The notes beneath the pieces are model-generated. The model saw only the letters and a program-made list of their open reading frames with translations, had not been told where the DNA came from and searched no databases. From Tubulanus polymorphus (lineage: Eukaryota > Animalia > Nemertea), in NCBI RefSeq assembly GCF_964204645.1, contig NC_134028.1:25664345-25728344 (forward strand): 64,000 bases of DNA. The letters are read 5' to 3'. Within the stretch, counting starts at the first letter, position 1, and each line of letters opens with the position of its first letter. Below are positions 59,801 to 64,000 of this stretch, in pieces. Position numbers and translations under genes: made by a program.

Positions 59801-62800
59801 TCGGCGGCGGTCGTCGTCGCCACTGACTTCGTCGCCTCGACCGGAGAAACGGCGTCCTCGCTGTCGGTGCTGACGTTGTCGTGGTTACGGTGTTTACGCC
59901 GGTCGAACGAACTACGACGCATCAACCGCCGAAAGAACGTCGGCAATTTCGAATGTCGTTTGTTATCGCCGCCCCACGCCATCGATTTCGGCCGCGGCGA
60001 TGACTTCATCTTCGCGTAGCCGTGGCGTTGTTTGAAACGTTTCAGGTCGGTATCGGACTGCGTGACCGAATCCGTCGAATCGCTGTTTATCTGAGACTTG
60101 CTCCACGATTCGTAGCCGGTTTCGATATTTTGCGCGTCGATGCAGCCGTCCATGCTCACCGACGGTTTCAACGACGAAAATATCATCGAGTTGTTGTCGT
60201 CGCTGTTCATCAGCAGACGTAAACTATTCGACCTCGTGAACGTGTGTTTAATGCTGCTCGTTTTCGACTTGTCGTTAATCATTCCGGCCGAATTACAGCG
60301 TTTTATTTCCCCGCCGTGATTCGCCATCAGGAACTGAACGTAACTACCGTGCACGGGAAGTTTCAGGTCGCGAATCGTCGCTTCGTCGATTCCCGCCGAA
60401 TCGAGTCGTTGCGACATCGTCGTGTGACGCGACACCAATTTCGAGCTGACGTCGATATCGACCGGATTCACCGAGATGATCGCCGTCGACGACAGCGACG
60501 ATTCGGTCGCCGCGATTCCGCCGGACTTCGCGTCCGGTAATTTAACACACCCACGGCCGCTCATATCGATGTAGTCCGCGGAATCGTCGTAAATTGGCGG
60601 CGTTTTCATCATGATGTAATCGCAATCGGTGGAATCAGATACGCTGGAATTATTTCGCGAATGAACGACTGAACTGGCGCCGCTGTATTGCGATAGATTC
60701 GTTCCGCTCATATCGATATATTCTTCGCTCGGATCGGTCGCGACGACTCTGATTTCGGATTTCGCGACCACTGGAACGCTTTCAGCCGTCGCTCCCGTCG
60801 TTTGACTCGCGACTTTCACCACTTTCGCCAACAAAGCGGCGCCGTCCGTCGTCGAACGACGCTGTTTACCACTAGGGGGCAGTTCTAAACACGACGCGCG
60901 ATGATAGCCGACGTTCATGTAATCGGTCGACTGAGCAGATGACATATTCACGTAATCATTGTCACCGTTTGAATGTTTTAAATTCGTCGTTTCCGAGACG
61001 CCCGCCATATTTATATAATCGGATGACGAATTCATAGCGACGGTGATGTCTAACGTTTTACCACGACACGGCTGAACACGAACGGCCGTCGAGTTCAACC
61101 GATTCATCGCCGTCGCCGTCGGTTCAATATTCGCGTAATCGGCGAATAAACCGTTCTTCATCGACGCGACGAGGTGTTTCGGAATCGGTACGTTTTTATA
61201 CGGCGACGAAATATCCGAACAATCGTCGTCATGGCGAGGAATATTCACGTATTCGCGGTTTGTTTTTAACGACTGCGTCGTCGCGGGAGGAGGAGGAGGA
61301 ATGTTTTTGTAATCGTGTTCGCTCGTCGCGTCTTCCACGTGGAATCCGTACGTTATACACTTCGACGGAACGTTCACGTACGAATGTTTTTTCAGAATCG
61401 CCGATTCGTCTTTCGTCGACGATTCGTCGGGCGCCGGAACGACGACGTTCGACGCCGCTTCGTTTTCGACCATCTTTTTAATCGTGCTCACGTCACACAT
61501 GTAGTCCTCGTCTTTGCCGTCGTATTTTGCGAGGTTAACGAACTCGAGAACCTGCGAGCCGCGTTTATTCGGACTCGGGTCGAGATTCGCGGCGTCGCCG
61601 ATCAGCAACATGCCCGACGGCACCGGGCACGCGATCGAAGCGACCGCCGGGCCCGACCCGCCGTCGTTCTCCTCGTCGCAGCCCGAATCCGGACTCGTCG
61701 ACGAGAAGTTGCGATTGAAGCCCGGTTGTTGTCGGTACGAACTCGCAGAGGTAGAAGTCGTTCGTAAACACGCGTTGGAATCGGAACCGATAACCGCGTC
61801 GTACGGAGGAGCAATAGCAGACGCGGGTCGGACTACCACATCACAGATAGAATTCACGTAACCCGTTTTATTAACTAGATTAGCGACGCTGGTGGCGCCA
61901 CCGCTAACGCGTTTACGACTATGAGTTTTTTTACCGCGCGGCGGTAATTTCGGTACGTCGCGACCTTGACGTTCGATCGCGGATCCACGTGGCGGTAATT
62001 CCGGGGCAAGGGCGGCGTCGGTTGTCGTCGGTACGTCTAACATCGTATCCGAGCGTACGCACCGCGTTCCCGAGAAACTCTCGACGCGACGCGGGATACT
62101 CGGCGGAACGTCGTACGTCGAGTACGCGCGGCGTTTATCCCAACCGTCGAGCGCCGACTGAGACGACGTCGCCACCGGGTGACTCGCGCTACGATCTCGC
62201 AACGCGTCCGAACGAAAGTTCAAATCTCCGTCGACCTCCTTGTTGTCGAAGTCTTTCACGCCGGGATGCGCCGGTTTGAAATTCTCTAATTGTTGACTTA
62301 GAGTCGATCCTGAAATCAGATGAAAAAGACTTTCGATGTAGAATACCATCAAAACCTGATACATGAAAGATTGCGAATTATTCATTGAAAATTAAAACCA
62401 AAGAAAAGATACGACTCGCACTAGAGGCCAGCAAGTTTTTTTCAGGATGTTTTGAGAAAATGCAAAAGCAATGAATTGTATAAGAGACATCTGTGTGGAA
62501 TTCCCATTACGATGAGTCCCTTTTATAAAATAAAGAGTCCACGGGGCTAATTTGGGGCAGGAACCAATGAAATATATTGACTTATAACCTTTTAGGTTTT
62601 TTCAAAATTGAAGCAGTTTAATGAGTTAAGTATAATTAGTCAAACTCAGAGGAGTTGCGAGGTCTTTCGAGGTTTTGAGGAATTACATGATCTAGTATGA
62701 ACTATGTTTGAATACTGCATACTTCTATTGACGGTGTGTCTATGAGGAGCCGATGATCGCGATGTTGAGTCGTGGTGTAGTTGACTACGACTTAACGTCG

Positions 62801-62863
62801 TTTCTTCGATTCTGGCGTTTATTTCGTGAGCTTTATCAGTGGCGAACGCGTGAATACCAGAAC
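47858..62863 (-). CDS. IRS-type PTB-domain docking protein (FRS2/DOK/IRS group), 3' portion; 5' exons lie beyond the window
   Basis: Phase-1 exons 62863-62723 (alternative donor at 62687), 62309-59349, 54068-53988 and 48882-47858(TGA). The first exon encodes GSGIHAFATDKAHEINARIEE, like the end of an IRS-type PTB domain (FRS2 GQGIFAFKCARAEELF). The tail carries many YxxM and YxN motifs, PxLPPR motifs and C-terminal LNYAELDL / LNYADIDL / SYAQID motifs. Confidence 0.85.
50817..51070. mobile_element. CAGGG-ended non-autonomous DNA transposon
   Basis: Ends caggggtgaatccaag ... ctagatccgaccctg, flanked on both sides by AAAAT. Related degenerate copies near 55879-56190 and 45030-45078. Confidence 0.55.
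53988..54068 (-). CDS. 81-nt symmetric exon of the docking-protein gene encoding a JNK-docking-like motif
   Basis: gtttttag acceptor, gtgagt donor, phase 1/1, open frame (G)CSSGTLFTTRPKRRPNTLDVIRSHRT. Not reported in the ORF track in this frame. Confidence 0.7.
54348..54533 (+). repeat. About 15-16-bp minisatellite (gtgaacctcacaaaa)
   Basis: Degenerate tandem units. Confidence 0.8.
54959..55110. mobile_element. Representative of a dispersed 'CAGGGT...ttccctga(t/c)ttt' repeat family
   Basis: Ends cagggt ... accctg with internal ttccctgacttt/ttccctgattt submotifs. Similar tracts at about 10915-11197, 13513-13640, 21470-21540, 24520-24560, 28450-28715, 49142-49360 and 63880-63960. Confidence 0.55.
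55267..55708 (+). repeat. 44-bp minisatellite, about 9-10 units
   Basis: accagttaccagactggacagaataaagctcagatccacagagc repeated. Confidence 0.95.
56437..56641 (+). repeat. 25-bp minisatellite, about 8 units
   Basis: tcgaatccggtaaaccttcccctcg repeated with no spacers. Confidence 0.95.
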
Positions 62864-62914
62864 CTACGAAATCAACAAAAAAAAACACAGCCGTTAATTT
62901 AGGATTACGTGTAT

Positions 62915-63474
62915 TAAGCCCAACGCGCACGGCATCGAGACAGAAAAAAAATTCTGTCGTTTTGCTGCTCGCAAATGTTCAACGCGCGCAACAAAAATAC
63001 CTGTAGACAACAGCTGTTTCACCAGTGAATCCTACGACAATAAACTCAGTTATTCACATTTATTTTAGTGTACGCCATGTGATGCAGCGATGCCCCCTGA
63101 TTGGTTATCAGTTTTTCGCTTAAGTGGATATTTCGCGAAACACAAATTGACCGACACACACGAGACGAAAAACGTTCTCAACGACACCAAACATTTTTTG
63201 CCCGATTCGCGAAAAATGACTGGCGTTTAGAGAAAACCCTTTTCTCCTGCTTAGTGCAATGGGCTTTAAAGCCCGACGCACACGGCAAAACATCGCCGAA
63301 ACAGAAACACGTTTTTCGGAAATGTTTTTTGCTCGTGAAAAACGTTTTTCAGTTCAGCGTTTTTTGTTTTGCCTCCCCCGCACACGGCATAACAAAAAAC
63401 ATCGAAAACGTTTTTTCACGTATATTTTTTTACGGTGATTAAATATTTTTTCTTTGCGCGTGTGTTGGGCTTTA
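62915..63474. mobile_element. Degenerate TIR element in docking-gene intron
   Basis: taagcccaacgcgcacgg ... gcgcgtgtgttgggcttta, with an internal extra end copy (taaagcccgacgcacacgg) near 63267. Confidence 0.45.
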
Positions 63475-64000
63475 TCAACTGTGTTACCGTGAACTGAACT
63501 GATAAATAGTTGTCACGACCGGATATTTCCGAAAAATAAACTTCGTTATCAATAACAGCTCACGCAACCGAGTCATAACAACGATATAATTTCGATTAAA
63601 TCCCGAGGCAAACTTCAGGACAATTTGTTTTTGCGTTTTCAGCCAGAATTAAATCTTACCACGCCGGATATTCAACGACCGATTCAGTTCGGGTTTAACG
63701 TTAGCAACAATAGAATTGATTTAGATAATATAAGTGCAATCACTTCCTCATAAGTGGCTGCAAGAGCTGAGATTTCCGAGAGCCAAATGATACTTGTACG
63801 AACTATCACTATTTCAACTATCATTCAATAGGAAGTTGCTGTCGTTACGATTTCTGTATTTTGCGTACGAACTATAAACATGGTTCCCACAGTTATATGA
63901 ATTAAAGATTCCCAAGTTTTTCCCAAGTATTTCATGGGTGATTTTTCAATTTTCCCAAATGGAAATGAACAGATATCATCATACTACAGTCCACATTTTA

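Noticed and set aside
63656-63720. Phase-1 donor (CGTG/gtaag) as the next upstream PTB exon
   Set aside because: An in-frame stop lies about 21 codons upstream with no good acceptor, and the peptide lacks the expected FxFExGR PTB motif; at most a non-coding alternative exon.

Overview
Eukaryotic (animal, most likely a marine invertebrate) genomic DNA: AT-rich, no obvious CpG depletion, GT-AG introns. Four genes could be assembled by hand from splice sites and reading frames. (1) The last five coding exons of a Pax2/5/8 gene (+, 1192-5955). (2) A complete 15-exon MELK kinase gene (-, 29242-23821, 633 aa), convergent with Pax2/5/8 across about 18 kb of non-coding DNA, which matches the tail-to-tail PAX5-MELK arrangement at human 9p13. 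(3) A 7-exon Ser/Arg/Lys-rich putative nuclear RNA-processing protein (+, 30105-35851, about 1075 aa), head-to-head with MELK. (4) The 3' part of an IRS-type PTB docking-protein gene of the FRS2/DOK/IRS group (-, 62863-47858). Its signalling motifs are split among phase-1/phase-1 exons: a 2961-nt PI3K/Grb2 exon, an 81-nt JNK-docking exon missed by the ORF track, and an SHP2-motif terminal exon, plus several candidate internal first exons. The rest is MITEs, minisatellites and long UTR/intergenic DNA. No tRNA, rRNA, CRISPR array or autonomous transposon was recognised. All gene names rest on recalled motif similarity, not database searches.
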